DNA of 61,068 nucleotides, the filler included, from Aduncisulcus paluster (taxonomy: Eukaryota), in assembly GCA_024181965.1 (NCBI GenBank). It is 6 parts of 6 records of this genome, joined end to end, with 100 filler letters (N's around TTAATTAATTAA, not from the genome) between each part and the next. Parts side by side here need not be neighbours in the genome. Positions count along the whole stretch, not along the records: positions 1 to 12,439 come from BQXS01011037.1; 5 more parts are not named here. One strand, 5' to 3'. Shown in pieces: positions 1-12,539 of the stretch. Position 1 is the first letter of the stretch. Every line of letters begins with the position of its first letter. Both the position numbers and the translations under genes were made by a program. The notes under the pieces were generated by a model. That model ran no database searches. It worked only from the letters and a program-made list of their open reading frames with translations, and was not told the origin of the DNA.

Positions 1-1377
1 ATTTCAATTCCTACCCTAACTTTCAGTTCTCCATCTCTTGATAAATCCCATATTTTCTCTGTACTTCGTGACTTAATCCTCGGAAAAATTCATCTCAAAT
101 GCTCTCGTCCCACGCTTTTAACGATTGATTCTCAATTAAAGAAGACGTCAATTATATCTGGAGATCCCATACATGAAATAGATTCAATATTTTGCAAATA
201 TTCTCTTTCTCTCTTCAGTTTCCCACTCTCTCCTTCTTCAAGCTTTCTGTCCACGTCTTCTAAAGCAAAGGATGAGCCTATATTCCAAAAATCCCATTCA
301 ATTCCTCCATTATCGACTTTTCTTACCCTCACTCCTCTTCACCTCATTCCTGCAACGTCCTTGCCAATCTGTTTCCTCAACGGACCCTATCAACTCCTCT
401 GGACAGATAAAGAGTCCTCCCTGCCATCAATACATGCCCAAAAATCCATTGATACCTCTGAACAGAGCACATTGCACCAGACAGATCCCTTTATCGTTGA
501 AGATTGTCTCAAAAGCCTGTCTCAATATCTACAAGACCATAGCCAGGTCATTCTCACTCATTTCACGATCAAAACTGACCATAAGACACTCTCCAAGAGG
601 ATTTCTGCTCCATCAAAGCCCATTGATGATGGTCTGTGCGTCATAATTCCCATGGGAGGTAGTCTCTGTGTTTGTGGTCTTTCTGAATGTATGTGGAGTA
701 TTCCAGGAGTGAAAGATGTGACCAGAGATGCCCCAGACCCATTCGAAGAGGATTTCAGAGATCCTATGAAAGAAGAGACGAGGGAGAAGAAGAACATGTG
801 CAGAAGTGTTGATGCCAGTAAGATATCAAAGGGGGCAGATATTGATTTATCAAAGTGTAAAGTTAAAGATATTCTGAAAGGTGATGAGGAGAGTCCATTG
901 AGATTGCATGATCATTCCATGCTTGATATTTCTGACCATATCTCCTCAGTGGATGATCAAATTGGAGAGATGACCATTCAACAGTCCAGTCCAGGGGATC
1001 ATAAACTCTCCTCTGAGATCGTTGGTATCATTTCTCAGTATAGAATTTCTCCATTCAACCCATTCTCACTTCTTCTGCTCGCGTGTCAAGGATATTCACA
1101 TGATACGGCTTCTGACGATGTTGCCACCTTATCTCACTCAGATTCGTTCGAATATAAACAATCTAGACCATCTTTTCCTTACGATGATGATCATGAAAAA
1201 ATATCGAATCAATCCTCTGAACACGGATCTTCTTCTGCGTCTTCCTTGCCTTTATCTGTTGGTGGAAAGAGAAGATCAATAACATCTTCCTCACAAAAAG
1301 GTGGATGGAAAGGATATTTTGGTGAAAGAACCAAAAGAGTCAGATTCTCTGACGGTCCCCACCCTGAAAGGAAGTGA
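1..1377 (+). CDS. Uncharacterised Ser-rich protein, 5'-truncated by the window edge
   Basis: The frame of the 361..1377 ORF has no stop back to base 1 (read manually). No recognisable domain. Confidence 0.7.
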   Translation: MSIPTLTFSSPSLDKSHIFSVLRDLILGKIHLKCSRPTLLTIDSQLKKTSIISGDPIHEIDSIFCKYSLSLFSFPLSPSSSFLSTSSKAKDEPIFQKSHSIPPLSTFLTLTPLHLIPATSLPICFLNGPYQLLWTDKESSLPSIHAQKSIDTSEQSTLHQTDPFIVEDCLKSLSQYLQDHSQVILTHFTIKTDHKTLSKRISAPSKPIDDGLCVIIPMGGSLCVCGLSECMWSIPGVKDVTRDAPDPFEEDFRDPMKEETREKKNMCRSVDASKISKGADIDLSKCKVKDILKGDEESPLRLHDHSMLDISDHISSVDDQIGEMTIQQSSPGDHKLSSEIVGIISQYRISPFNPFSLLLLACQGYSHDTASDDVATLSHSDSFEYKQSRPSFPYDDDHEKISNQSSEHGSSSASSLPLSVGGKRRSITSSSQKGGWKGYFGERTKRVRFSDGPHPERK

Positions 1378-1539
1378 AAATGGAGTAAAATGATTTATTG
1401 GCTAATTTTAATAAAAATTATTAATTATATTGATTAATCATTAATCACTAAGCAAAGAATAAACCAAGATCTGAAATAGTTGAAGAAAAACATAGATTTC
1501 GAAGTCTGGAAGACTTATACGGAACAAACTAAGGAAAGA

Positions 1540-2165
1540 TTATCCCAATTTAAACTTAACTCCCATAATTTCATCAACACTTGTTACAATCCCCTGAGAT
1601 TTACCCATAATAAAACATTTATCTTTCTTTTCCAATTCTTTTAGAGATCTGAAGAATATGAATTCATCACATCCTTCAAACTCCTTATTTTCCTCAGACA
1701 AAAGCTTCATTAAACGTCTAATGGGGACAACTTCTCCCAATAAACCTTGATCATCTATTATTTTCATGATTTGTACACCCCATTCTGCAGGAGACTTGTA
1801 GAAAATGTAAGCACGAGAATGAGATTCATCAGCCCATTCAGCATGTCCATCTTCTTTCAAATTAGTAATAATTTTTTCTAAAAGGCTTTGAGGCATTTTA
1901 CGTTCAATGGTTTTGTTATTACAGACGGGAGAATCCAAAAAACTGATAATATCAATAATCTTAATAGATTCATGATGACAATATGAAATAATTAGTGAAC
2001 TCCAAAGATCAATTTGCTGTTCTCTGGTTTTTGGAACAGGTTGAGGTCTAAATTGACATAGATATTAGTGACAACAAAGAAGTGCAAGAAAATGATCAAA
2101 TACGATATCACATACGTATAGAAGGGGGGTAACCCATGAAATTCGGGAAATTGAAAATCTGGCAT
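1540..2165 (-). CDS. VPS25: ESCRT-II subunit Vps25, 2 exons (2165-2116, 2047-1540), ~185 aa
   Basis: Splicing gives MPDFQFPEFHGLPPFYT-PQPVPKTREQQIDLWSSLIISYC..., matching the Vps25 PPFF/YTxQP...QxxxWxxLIxxYC N-terminus. It joins the 1540..1938 ORF (AEW...YIFYKSPAEW, C-terminal GVKF). Confidence 0.92.
2048..2115 (-). other. Spliceosomal intron in VPS25 (68 nt)
   Basis: GTATGT donor, CACTAAT branch-like motif, TTTAG acceptor; removal restores the frame. Confidence 0.9.
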
Positions 2166-2222
2166 CCAGAATAGCAAACAAAAAATTACCCTTGATTTGA
2201 CCACACTTCTAGCAGATTATCA

Positions 2223-4031
2223 ATGAGTTGGGAGGCTCAACTTCGAAAAGAAAAGCCAGATATAAAAGAAACTGAGGAGAGATTGAATAGATTTCTCCGT
2301 AGTTCAATCCTAGCTCCATTCATCGTTGGAGACCATGTTCCACGTTCTTCATCCCAAGAATGTACCCGTGGATTGATTGACACAATATCAAATGATGCAA
2401 TATTACAATTAGTTATGCAATATTTAAAGAATCAGAAGTATGACGCATCTCTTGCAATATTAGAAAAGGAATCAGGAATTCCATACAGTGGATTGTCAGC
2501 AGAACCCTGTAGACTAACTGCAGTAGCCCGTTTAGCGACCATTGTGAGTGATAATATTGTGTCTTTAGCTCTTGACAAATCTCCAGAAGCTGCCAAAGAT
2601 CTCGCACACTACCTTACTAAATTAGACCCTACAAGTTCATCATTATTTAGTCAAGAATTAAGTTCATGGAGTGAATTTGCCAGTAATCAAGATGGCTTGA
2701 TTTGTGATAATACAGACCCTCCATCTCTGTCTCCCTCTCTTATGCCATACATTCAAGAACTAATTACACACTCATACGTTGCCCCAACTATTCCCTGCCA
2801 TGTCAGTGCTGCTTCCTTCGAGAGAATAGTTCAGCTTATGGCTGGGTGTGGCGAGAGGGATGAACAATTTAACCTTATGATCATTCGAACCTACCCTCTC
2901 TACCTCTCTCCAATGACGTTTTTGTCCCTTTTATTCGATCGTTTCCACATTCCTCCTCTTCCCGACGTCCCTTTGTCTTGTGTTAAACAAGTTATCAAGA
3001 AGATCCAGCAATCGATTATTTCCATCCTTTTCAACCTCCTTGACCATCATTTTACATCATTGGACCTCGAGGCTGTTGATTTACTCCGTGTTTTCATTGA
3101 TAATGTGCTCTCCAAATATTATCGAGAAAGTGCCAAAAAGCTTCGGGAAAAACTTGAAGAAGAACGAAGTGGAGTTGATCCAACGCAAGATTTAATCTCA
3201 ATGCGCTCAGATGTACCCACGATAAAGCTTCAAGCGGAGAAAGAAGAAACCAGTTCTGGTGGTATCCGTTCCGGTCATTTCGATTCTCCCCATTTCACCA
3301 CTTTGCCCACATCTCGTCCACCCACCATCAATGATGTGTCTGAACAAGCCCTTGCTCATCACCTCTGTGTCCGTGATCAAATGTTGTACAAGAGTGTCCA
3401 GCTAAATGAGCTTTTTAAGCAACAATGGACTTTTCCAAATGCCAGTGTTGTGTCGCCCAACATTGTTAAAATGACGAAAACATTCAATTCAACGTGTATG
3501 ATTGTGCAGAGTTCCATCAAATCGAGTACTTTAGATGAAAAAGATCGTGAACTCATTATTCCATATTGGATTCGAGTCGGGAGTCTGCTCCTCGAGGCCC
3601 ATAATTTCCACTCTCTCTTTGCCGTTGTATCGGGACTGATATCAGCTCATAGCGAACATGAAGCGATGTTTGCGCGAATCTCAACTCACAAGAGGAAATT
3701 GTTCGAGTCTCTCAAAACTAGAGTCAGCTCTCAAAGTGGATTCAAAGCAATTAGATCAGCTTTAGATGCACTCCCAGCTTCAACTTCAGCTATTCCGTAC
3801 ATTGGAATTTATTTGACCGATCTGGTCTTTGTTGACGAGTGCCATGAGGATATGGTGGAAGATGAAACAGCAAAGGCCGAATTAATTAATTTAGAGAAAT
3901 GTGCATTATATAACAAAGCTTTTACAAGTGTTCTTAAGTTTAATCGCGCCGAAGATTATGATACTAGAGGACAAGGATTTGATGTTGGAATTGAATGGTT
4001 AATGAAAGATCTTTTGCATTCAGATGAGTAA
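2223..4031 (+). CDS. LisH + REM + CDC25-type Ras guanine nucleotide exchange factor
   Basis: LisH-like ISNDAILQLVMQYLKNQKYDASLAILEKESG; REM-like ASFERIVQLM...TYPLYLSPMTFLSLLFDRF; CDC25 motifs HNFHSLFAVVSGL, IPYIGIYLTDLVFVDE, LINLEK. Confidence 0.9.
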   Translation: MSWEAQLRKEKPDIKETEERLNRFLRSSILAPFIVGDHVPRSSSQECTRGLIDTISNDAILQLVMQYLKNQKYDASLAILEKESGIPYSGLSAEPCRLTAVARLATIVSDNIVSLALDKSPEAAKDLAHYLTKLDPTSSSLFSQELSSWSEFASNQDGLICDNTDPPSLSPSLMPYIQELITHSYVAPTIPCHVSAASFERIVQLMAGCGERDEQFNLMIIRTYPLYLSPMTFLSLLFDRFHIPPLPDVPLSCVKQVIKKIQQSIISILFNLLDHHFTSLDLEAVDLLRVFIDNVLSKYYRESAKKLREKLEEERSGVDPTQDLISMRSDVPTIKLQAEKEETSSGGIRSGHFDSPHFTTLPTSRPPTINDVSEQALAHHLCVRDQMLYKSVQLNELFKQQWTFPNASVVSPNIVKMTKTFNSTCMIVQSSIKSSTLDEKDRELIIPYWIRVGSLLLEAHNFHSLFAVVSGLISAHSEHEAMFARISTHKRKLFESLKTRVSSQSGFKAIRSALDALPASTSAIPYIGIYLTDLVFVDECHEDMVEDETAKAELINLEKCALYNKAFTSVLKFNRAEDYDTRGQGFDVGIEWLMKDLLHSDE

Positions 4032-4536
4032 TATTGGATGGTTTTATATTTTTATTGTTTTCCAAACCGTTTCTTCATTTTTTTTCTTTCTAATTCTCCC
4101 TCAGGATGAGTAGAGGTTTTGATGTTGGAATCCAAATCACACCTTGTGATGTCTTGTTTTATCAAAAGAATAAAAATCCATTATAAAATAAAAATTATAT
4201 TTCTGGATTTTTCAGAGACGTCAGATGATTTAAAACTAATTTGGCATGATCANNNNNNNNNNNNNNNNNNNNAATTGAATGGTTAATGAAAGATCTTTTG
4301 CATTCAGATGAGTAATATTGGATGGTTTTATATTTTTATTGTTTTCCAAACCGTTTCTTCATTTTTTTTCTTTCTAATTCTCCCTCAGGATGAGTAGAGG
4401 TTTTGATGTTGGAATCCAAATCACACCTTGTGATGTCTTGTTTTATCAAAAGAATAAAAATCCATTATAAAATAAAAATTATATTTCTGGATTTTTCAGA
4501 GACGTCAGATGATTTAAAACTAATTTGGCATGATCA
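3989..4536. other. False duplication around a 20-N gap (3989-4252 repeated at 4273-4536)
   Basis: Identical 264-nt sequence on both sides of N4253-4272. Confidence 0.9.
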
Positions 4537-4592
4537 ATTTACTTTTTTTTTTTTTCATCTTCAAAAGATGTGTTTTTTTGCAACCATTGATA

Positions 4593-5798
4593 ATGAAAGC
4601 CATATTTGGAGTTATTTTTATCTGTATTTTCATTGCAGTCTCTTGTGATGTTGTGTCTTTCACCTCTGAATCTGATCTTTTTGATCTTGCTTTAAAGGAA
4701 AACAAGTCCATATTTGTGAAACACTTTGAACAATGGTGTGGTCACTGTAAGGCTCTTGCTGTATGTAATATATTTCAAAATTTCTTTTCCCTAAGTATTT
4801 CTATCACTATTCTTATTTTTCATTTTTTGTAGCCTAAATTCCTTGAAGCCTCCAACAGTGTCGACGATGAGGTTATTTTCCTTGAAGTTGAATGTTCTAA
4901 GACCAATGAGTCCAAAGAATTCTGTCAAAACCAAGGTGTTCGTGGTTACCCCACTCTCAAGATTTTCGAAGGTGAATGGGTTGATTACCAAGGTGCCAGA
5001 GATGTTGATACCCTTGTTAAGTTCGCTCTTGACCACAAAACCTTGAAGGCCTTCAACAAGAAGGATTTTATCACCATTGAAGAGCCCGTCGAAGAACCCA
5101 TTGAAACCTCAATCAAGCCCGTCACTTTCGCTCAAGTTCAAAGTGGTGGTGATCCTAAGATTGTTGTTTTCGGAGATATCTTTGAGAAGGCTTCTCAAAA
5201 GGCTTACAGTGAGATCGAGACCGCTCTCGAGCTTTCTGCCGAATTTTTCCCTTACCCCGCCGTTCGTGTTGAGAAATACAACAAGAAGAACGCCGAATTC
5301 TTTGCTCACTGGGAAACGAACCCCGAACAAGCCCCTCCTCTCCCTATGGTCTTCGTTGTTGCCCCCGGAAGCCCCAACCCTCAAAGATATGGTGGTCCCG
5401 TCACTGCCAAGCGTCTCACTGATTTCCTCGAGGATCTCCTTATTGAGCCCGATTACTCTCTCGTCGGTGAATTTGAGAACGACAAGAAGCTTATCGCTCT
5501 CTCCAAGCAAAAGCCAGTTTTGGTGAAGCATTTCGAGCAATGGTGTGGTCACTGCAAGGCTCTCAAGCCCCATTTCGCTAAGGCTGCTGCCCGTGCCGGA
5601 GATGATGTTGCTTTCATCGAGGTTGAATGTTCCAAGGATGATACCACCAAGAAGTTCTGTCAGAAGCAGAAGGTTAAGGGTTACCCCACTCTTAAACTCA
5701 TTGTTGACGGAAAGTGGCACGATTATAGCGGTGCTAGAACTGCTCAAGAAATGGCTGACTTCGCCCTCTCCTTTGTTAAAGGCAAACAAGATCTTTAA
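4593..5798 (+). CDS. Protein disulfide isomerase (a-b-a' type), 2 exons (4593-4760, 4833-5798), ~377 aa
   Basis: Signal peptide MKAIFGVIFICIFIAVSC, two WCGHC thioredoxin domains each followed by GYPTLK, C-terminal KQDL ER-retrieval-like signal. Confidence 0.93.
4761..4832 (+). other. Spliceosomal intron in PDI (72 nt)
   Basis: GTATGT...TTTTTTGTAG; removal gives HCKALA|PKF, paralleling HCKALKPHF in the second domain. Confidence 0.92.
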
Positions 5799-6067
5799 AA
5801 TTATATTCCAGTTTGAAACTTAATATAAATATTTATTCTGGCTATTATGTTTAGTAAAATCAACTTTTCCCTTTTCAGAAAAAATCTATTTTTGAATTTT
5901 TCTTTTTGTTAGGTTACGAGTTTAGTTTCATTTATCGATTCGTTATATTATCCTATCCATACTAATTTATATTATATTGTTCAATATTTATCTAGTATCT
6001 TTCGTATTCGATTGCTCCCGCTCTTTTTCTATTTATATCCTGGTTTGAACATACTTATCATTATTAT

Positions 6068-7794
6068 ATGTCATTCTCCGAACTATTACAACTTAATGTT
6101 GTTATTGACAAAGTATTTTCCATTCCTATTTTTACTAAATCCCTCCGAACATGCTCCGATTTTTGTGAAGAATTAGAATTAACTCTAGCTTCCATTTTTA
6201 AATCTTCAGGACCAATAACGGTATTTGGAATTAAAGATAAGAATGGCATTGACATTAATCCGAGTTATTTGATGGGAAAGTGTTTCAATAATGGTGACGT
6301 GGTTTTCCCTTTACGTAGTGTATTATCCGTCGAAGATCGAGATATAAAATGCATTATCCTTTCCATTAATCCTTCCAAAGTTGGAGATTATAAAGTTTCA
6401 AAAATATCTCCACATTCCAGTGCCCTTCGGAGATCTGCTGTTCCTTCACAATTGCTCCATGTCAAAACAGAGCATTCACCGCCTTTTAGAGCGTTTCTTA
6501 ATCCTATAACCCAAGGAAAACATTCAATTCCTCCACTTAGTATTGATAGTTCTAGATATGATTATCTCATGCCGAATGCGTTCTATCAGAGTCGTCCAAG
6601 ACCGTTAAAATCTCGTCATGAGCCCATTAATATATCTAAAAATTATATTCAAAGTGTTAAAGACTCTGTAAGCAAGATCAATGCACAACTAGCCAAACAT
6701 CCTTCGATGAGACCTGCCACAGAGCGTCCCCCCATGGTTGTTTCAGTTTCTGCTTCTATAAAGAGTCCATTGACACGCACAGAACGTGTATCTCCACGAT
6801 TCACTCACAATACCAATCCTTCATCCTCCGTTGAAAAGGATGTAGACTCCAAGACTTCATTCCAATTACCACGTTCTTCTGCCTCCTCTTCCTCTTCCTC
6901 TTCCTCTTCCTCTTCCTCCTCTTCCTCTTCCTCTTCCTCCTCTTCCTCTTCCTCTTCCTCTTCTTCCTCTTCATCGTCTTCCTCCTCCTCTTCCTCCTCT
7001 TCTTCTTCTTCTTTGGCTCATTCAGAACATCGTTTACCTCTTGGTGCTTCATTGCAAAAGAAACACTCGGCGTATAATACAATATCCAATAATTCACCCA
7101 NNNNNNNNNNNNNNNNNNNNATCAATGCACAACTAGCCAAACATCCTTCGATGAGACCTGCCACAGAGCGTCCCCCCATGGTTGTTTCAGTTTCTGCTTC
7201 TATAAAGAGTCCATTGACACGCACAGAACGTGTATCTCCACGATTCACTCACAATACCAATCCTTCATCCTCCGTTGAAAAGGATGTAGACTCCAAGACT
7301 TCATTCCAATTACCACGTTCTTCTGCCTCCTCTCCTCTTCCTCTTCCTCTTCCTCTTCCTCCTCTTCCTCTTCCTCTTCCTCCTCTTCCTCTTCCTCTTC
7401 CTCTTCTTCCTCTTCATCGTCTTCCTCCTCCTCTTCCTCCTCTTCTTCTTCTTCTTTGGCTCATTCAGAACATCGTTTACCTCTTGGTGCTTCATTGCAA
7501 AAGAAACACTCGGCGTATAATACAATATCCAATAATTCACCCACTTTCAAACATACTCTGTCGGAGTCTTCCATTGTTAGTGCATTGTTGCCACCTCTGA
7601 GTCACCCAATTGAGCCAAAACCAGAGCCTTTTGCAACCGGTAGCCAGAGTAGAAGAAACCGGGAAGAGTACCGTCTTCCGCCGGCTTCTCATACGATGCC
7701 AGGTGAGTCATCCCTTCACTCTCTGGATGCTCTCTCCTCAATGTCGCTTTTTGATCATCCCATACCGCCAACACATGCTACATCCAAACCTTAG
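6068..7794 (+). CDS. Uncharacterised low-complexity poly-Ser protein (true CDS probably 6068-7100 + 7544-7794)
   Basis: 6677-7100 is repeated at 7121-7543 across N7101-7120, with a 1-nt deletion in the TCC/TCT tract of copy 2. Collapsing the duplicate joins the 6068 and 7456..7794 frames. Confidence 0.7.
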
Positions 7795-8000
7795 CAATAA
7801 TTTCTATTTGTTCATTGTAAAAATTGAATTGTGATACGATTTTAATTTACAAAATATTATCGTTTCATAATTATGTCATCATTAGGTATTAAATTTGAAA
7901 TAATATAAATGTGTTTTGATGTATTTCATATCAATAGAAAACACGATCGCGATTTCATATTTAATTTGCATAATAGCCTTAGGATTGTAAATCCGTCAAG

Positions 8001-8069
8001 TTGACCTTATCTATTTTTAGAAATTGACCTTATCTATTTTTAGAATTTGAGATTATCTTGTTTTAGAAA
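8001..8069. repeat. Three tandem 23-nt units (TTGACCTTATCTATTTTTAGAAA), third degenerate
   Basis: Read directly; intergenic between convergent genes. Confidence 0.85.
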
Positions 8070-8317
8070 TTCATTATAGATTGGGTTATTCATGTTCTCG
8101 CCCATTCTTCTTTTCGTATTCTTGTGTTATAGTATAACTTATGCTTTAAGTCTTATACTTGATAAGATGAGAAACAGTTTCATAAATACTATTTATTAAA
8201 TAGAATCGTAAAGACGATGGTCACACCTATCTATTTTGATCCATTCTTGAATCCAAGTCAAAATCACAACAGAGATAGATATAATAAACCGAATGAGAAA
8301 TTAATTATTGATTAAAT

Positions 8318-11262
8318 CTATTGAAATACCCATGAAAAATCCCCTTCTTCTTCCTCTTCCTCTTCCTCTTCCTCTTCCTCTTCATCGTCTTCCTCTTCCT
8401 CCTTCCTCTTTTTTGAAACATTTCTATTTTTAGAATTTCTATTTTTAGACTCTTCAATCCTAACCCTAACAAACTTCCCCCCTTTCATAGATACTTGATG
8501 AGTTTGGTGATTCTGATTATAAACATGCAGACATAAACTGATAGCACAGGCACATATGGGTCCATTCGTCCGAGGATCCTTCTCCAAAAGCTGAGCCACG
8601 ACCGATTCAAAGGTCTGTCCTACTAAACGCTTCACAGGGGGCAAGAGAGGAACAACATCAGATGCACTGGGAATGAACACAGACAATTTATCCATATTAG
8701 CACGAATTTGACTGATAATGAGAGATGAAGAAGGAAATTGTGTGCTGTTTTGTGTGTGGTCACCAATCATCGAAGCATCCATGCCAGATTTATGTAGTAA
8801 GATGCCAGACTCAGACTCTTCCTCTTCGTTGATGATATCTCCTTGCGTGAATACAGTATCTTGAGTCACTGGGGTTCTCGAATGAACTTCAAAGGGTGCA
8901 TCAAAATCCCCATAATCATCCATTCCAAATCCGTCATGCCCATCGAAATTATCTTGTCCTTCAGAGTCTTGTTGTTGTTGTTCTTCTTCTTCTTTATCTT
9001 CTTCCTTTCCTTCCACCTTCCGTACCTTTCTTCTCAGAGAGTTTCCAAATTTAGATCTTGATTGAGAAACATCATCCCCTTCCCGAAGTGTGAACATATC
9101 GGGATCAAAGAAATTTTGAGAAATTGAAGAAGATACATTAAGTTGCTGTAAACAAGAGCTTTCGATGGAACAGAATCTGTGTCTATTAATAGGATGTGAG
9201 AAACTAACGGTATGTTGGACTGTTGTGAATGAGGTTAATGGAAGCAAGAAAGACAATGCAGATGTAATAGAAGCAGAAGAGAATGATGCAACTGGTTTTG
9301 AAGATGCCAATAAGGAGAGATACAGAGCAATTGGAGGACATGGATGATGGAATGATGTCGAGGATAGAACAGGAGACAAAGGAAGAGAGATATTTAGAGA
9401 ATGGGGAGATAGAAATGGTGGGATGAAAAGCAGAGGATTGGAGAGAGGATATCGAGACGAATGGACAAGATAAGAACTGATATCTGTGGCACCATGGAGA
9501 TCAGAAATAGAATGCAATGGACCATTCTTTCGATCATGATGATTTGAATGGCTGAATGTACTCCTTTTCTTGGATTTTGAAGAAGAAATGTATGGAGATA
9601 TCATAGATAGAGATAAATGTTGAACCATGTCGCGTGGACCCTCTCCCCAACATTTTTTCTTTCGCATCCCAGGTGTGGAGGCTGTCCTGGCACTTGTTAG
9701 AGACACTAGTAATGTCTGGATATGTATAGGACAATTTGAGAGCACTAATGAAGGTGGATATGGACTGGAAAGTATGGCTTTACGATTGAAAGAAGAGAAG
9801 AAAGGAGAAATACCAAAGGGAAGAGAAGAAAGAGAACCATGAACAGGCTGTTGATGTCGGAATCTCTGTTTTTTAGCTACAAGAGATGATGAATTATCTC
9901 CTTTCTTTGTTCTATTTTTAGGTATCGGATTAGGATCAACGATTTCTTCAACCATACCAAAGTTTCTTCTCTCCTCATCATCTTTCTGCTCTAATTTAGC
10001 CTTTAAGCGATCAAGCAGTCCTTCATAAGAACTATACGATGCTTTATCTGTTTGTTTAGCTTGCTCTGATGCATGAACAGAGTCAGTTTCACTCTGAATT
10101 GAGGAAGAAGAAGAGAATGCGGCTGTGAGCTTTTGATTTGTATCCACCAATATTCTCTCAAATTCATCAGCAATACTCAACTGAGAGTGATCGTCAGCCC
10201 ATAAATCGTCTCCAAACCCTTCATCTCCACCTTCCCAAGCTGATGAATCCACTCCTCCACCCCGCTCTTCCTCCTCTTCTTCTTTTCCATTCACTGGAGC
10301 TCTTCTAATCTCATAATCCTCTTTGTTGTTGGCACTGCTATCGTCTTCTGAATCCTTTGAAGAGATATTTTTATCCTTGAGAAGATCTTTGAAGGCTATT
10401 TTGGTCTCTGAAGAAGGAGGAGAGTCCTCGGGTTCAGAAATGGATGATTGATTGTTTTTTGAATTTCCATGATCAATTTCTGTCGATTCTGAAGGAATTT
10501 GTGTTGAATAATGAGGGATTTCATTATTTGTAAGATAAGATTCGAATTCCACCATTCTAGAATAAATATCATCAAGAGCGCTTTCAGAAAGAGAGGGACA
10601 AGGTGATGTTTTCAATATAGATAAATCAATAGGCTGGAATAATTCACATTTATCCTTGGAAGGAGATATTTTCTCAAGATATGTTGATGGAGATGTTGTT
10701 TTCAAGAGAACTGATCGAAGAGAGAAAGATTCTGGATCACACACAATATCAGGTCTAGGATATATATAATTTTTACGTGGAGGGTTGGGTGAAGTTAAGG
10801 TAACCGGATCTTTCAGCCGACTGGGGAGAATGCAAAGATATTCATTCAGCTCATCAATAGCAGCAATCAGAGGGTTCACTTTAGTTGTATGTAATGTTTT
10901 AGTAGGTTTGGAAAAAGAAGATTGTGGTATTTTTTCCTCCTCTATTTGAGGGGAAATTTTCTTCACACTTGATTGAACTGATCGAACCAAATGTTTCTAA
11001 AAATGAATATTATATTATCGTTAACAAAGATATAAAAGAAAAAAAAAAAAAAAAAAAAAACACAGTATATACATACTTCCATTGAACTAATAACCCTAGT
11101 TCGAGCTTGAACACTTAATGCCGCCGCTCCAAGATCTTTTACACCAGATATCACCTGTTTATCCTGGTTACTAACAAAGATACTTACCTCTTTGCTCCAA
11201 GGATTTTTAAGAGTCCGTGAATTAAGAATTTTCCTAACAGTATCATTAACACCACGACGCAT
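8318..11262 (-). CDS. Putative divergent condensin II kleisin (CAP-H2-like), 2 exons (11262-11077, 10996-8318), ~954 aa
   Basis: The spliced N-terminus KNPW...DLGAAALSVQARTRVISSMEKHLVRSVQ resembles CAP-H2 'KNW...NFxEAALLIQGSACVYSKKVEYLYSLVY'. The C-terminal TFESVV...ICACAISLCLHVYN resembles the kleisin winged helix. The middle is long and disordered. Confidence 0.55.
10997..11076 (-). other. Spliceosomal intron (80 nt)
   Basis: GTATGT donor, long poly-T, GTTAAC branch-like motif, TTTTTAG acceptor; phase 0, in frame with the 890-aa ORF. Confidence 0.88.
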
Positions 11263-11672
11263 ATAAAATATAATGTACAAAAATTATTTTCACTTTACAA
11301 CAGAAATAATAATGGGAAAAAGTCACTGAGCTGCTCGAGATATTATAAATTCCACCATTCTAATAACTTGCAATATCATCATATAACTATTATTTCATTT
11401 TATAAAATCAATTTTAAAGTACTTATACAACATATTATAAAACTTATTTCATTATAATATCTTTGGGATCAGAGGAAAATCGACTCTATTAATTTAAGTG
11501 GCGTATACAAAATTAAAAACATATTTCATCCTAATAAAAATAACTTACACAGAATATTTAATACAATAACCTGACAAATTTACTACAAAATAGAGAAATA
11601 AGCCCAAAATCGGAATTATTACAAATACGAATAATTCTACAAGTAGAAGAAGAAAAACAGTCATTTCCATTC

Positions 11673-12439
11673 TTACTTTTTCTTACCCTTTTTGACGTTT
11701 CCTTTCCCTCCTTTCAATCCCAATCTGAAATCTACCATTATCTTTTCTCTTTCGAATTGAGGTCTGATTGTTGACAATTTATCTGCAAATTCCATTGCAG
11801 AAATTGGTTTTTCATCTAATGTTGCCAATCTTGACCTTGAGAACACCATGTCCATTGCTCTTTTGATATCTCCACAACTGTACCCATCAGATATCTTTGC
11901 ATAGGCAGACAAAGGTAAAATATGACCCAGAGAGCCCCAGGAGCAATATTTCACCAAAATAGGGTCGATAATCTTAAGATAGTGATTAATGAAAGCCAAA
12001 CGAGTCTGGTAATCGGGCAAAGGAATTGGAATAAGCAACTCAAATGTCGAAAGGAGAGTTTTCTGCACAGATGGAGCTGAAAGATCATTTGCACAACCAA
12101 TTACGACAACTCCAGGATTATCCTTTCTAAGATCATTGATCATCTTCAATAAGGTCTTATGAATGCGGGAATAACGTTCTTCTGCAGGGAAATCAATCCC
12201 ATGGACGATTTTCTCAGTACCTTCCTCTAACTCTTCCTCAACAACTTGTCCCTTCTTCTTCTTCGGCTTCTTCTTCTTCTTTGGAGGAGGAGTGAGATAA
12301 TCGGCCTGATCAATATATATTATGCTCGGGGCATTCGCTTTGGCCACTTCGAACGAGAGAATGAGCAAATCAGTAATTCCTTGATCACCTGGGAATTTTC
12401 TAAAAATAGTTGCCGGACTAATGTCAATAAATGTAGCAC
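11673..12439 (-). CDS. IQCA1: IQCA1/DRC11-like flagellar AAA protein, C-terminal part (truncated at scaffold end)
   Basis: ATFIDISPATIFRKFPGDQGITDLLILSFEVAKANAPSIIYID...IPIPLPDYQTR...ISDGYSCGDI and a Lys-rich tail match the IQCA1 AAA region. Confidence 0.8.
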
Positions 12440-12539
12440 NNNNNNNNNNNNNNNNNNNNNNNNNNNNNNNNNNNNNNNNNNNNTTAATTAATTAANNNNN
12501 NNNNNNNNNNNNNNNNNNNNNNNNNNNNNNNNNNNNNNN
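12440..12539. other. Artificial scaffold spacer N44-TTAATTAATTAA-N44
   Basis: Six-frame-stop linker flanked by Ns. Confidence 0.98.

Noticed and set aside
5109..5789. Long antisense ORFs over PDI (also over PFK 60275-60931 and TOP1)
   Set aside because: Expected shadow of biased codon usage in highly expressed genes; no protein motifs.
6801..7600. Poly-Lys/Arg and poly-Pro/Leu ORFs
   Set aside because: Alternative frames of TCT/TCC microsatellites that encode poly-Ser or poly-Glu in the real genes.
8001..8069. 23-nt repeats as a CRISPR-like array
   Set aside because: Head-to-tail with no spacers, in a eukaryotic context.
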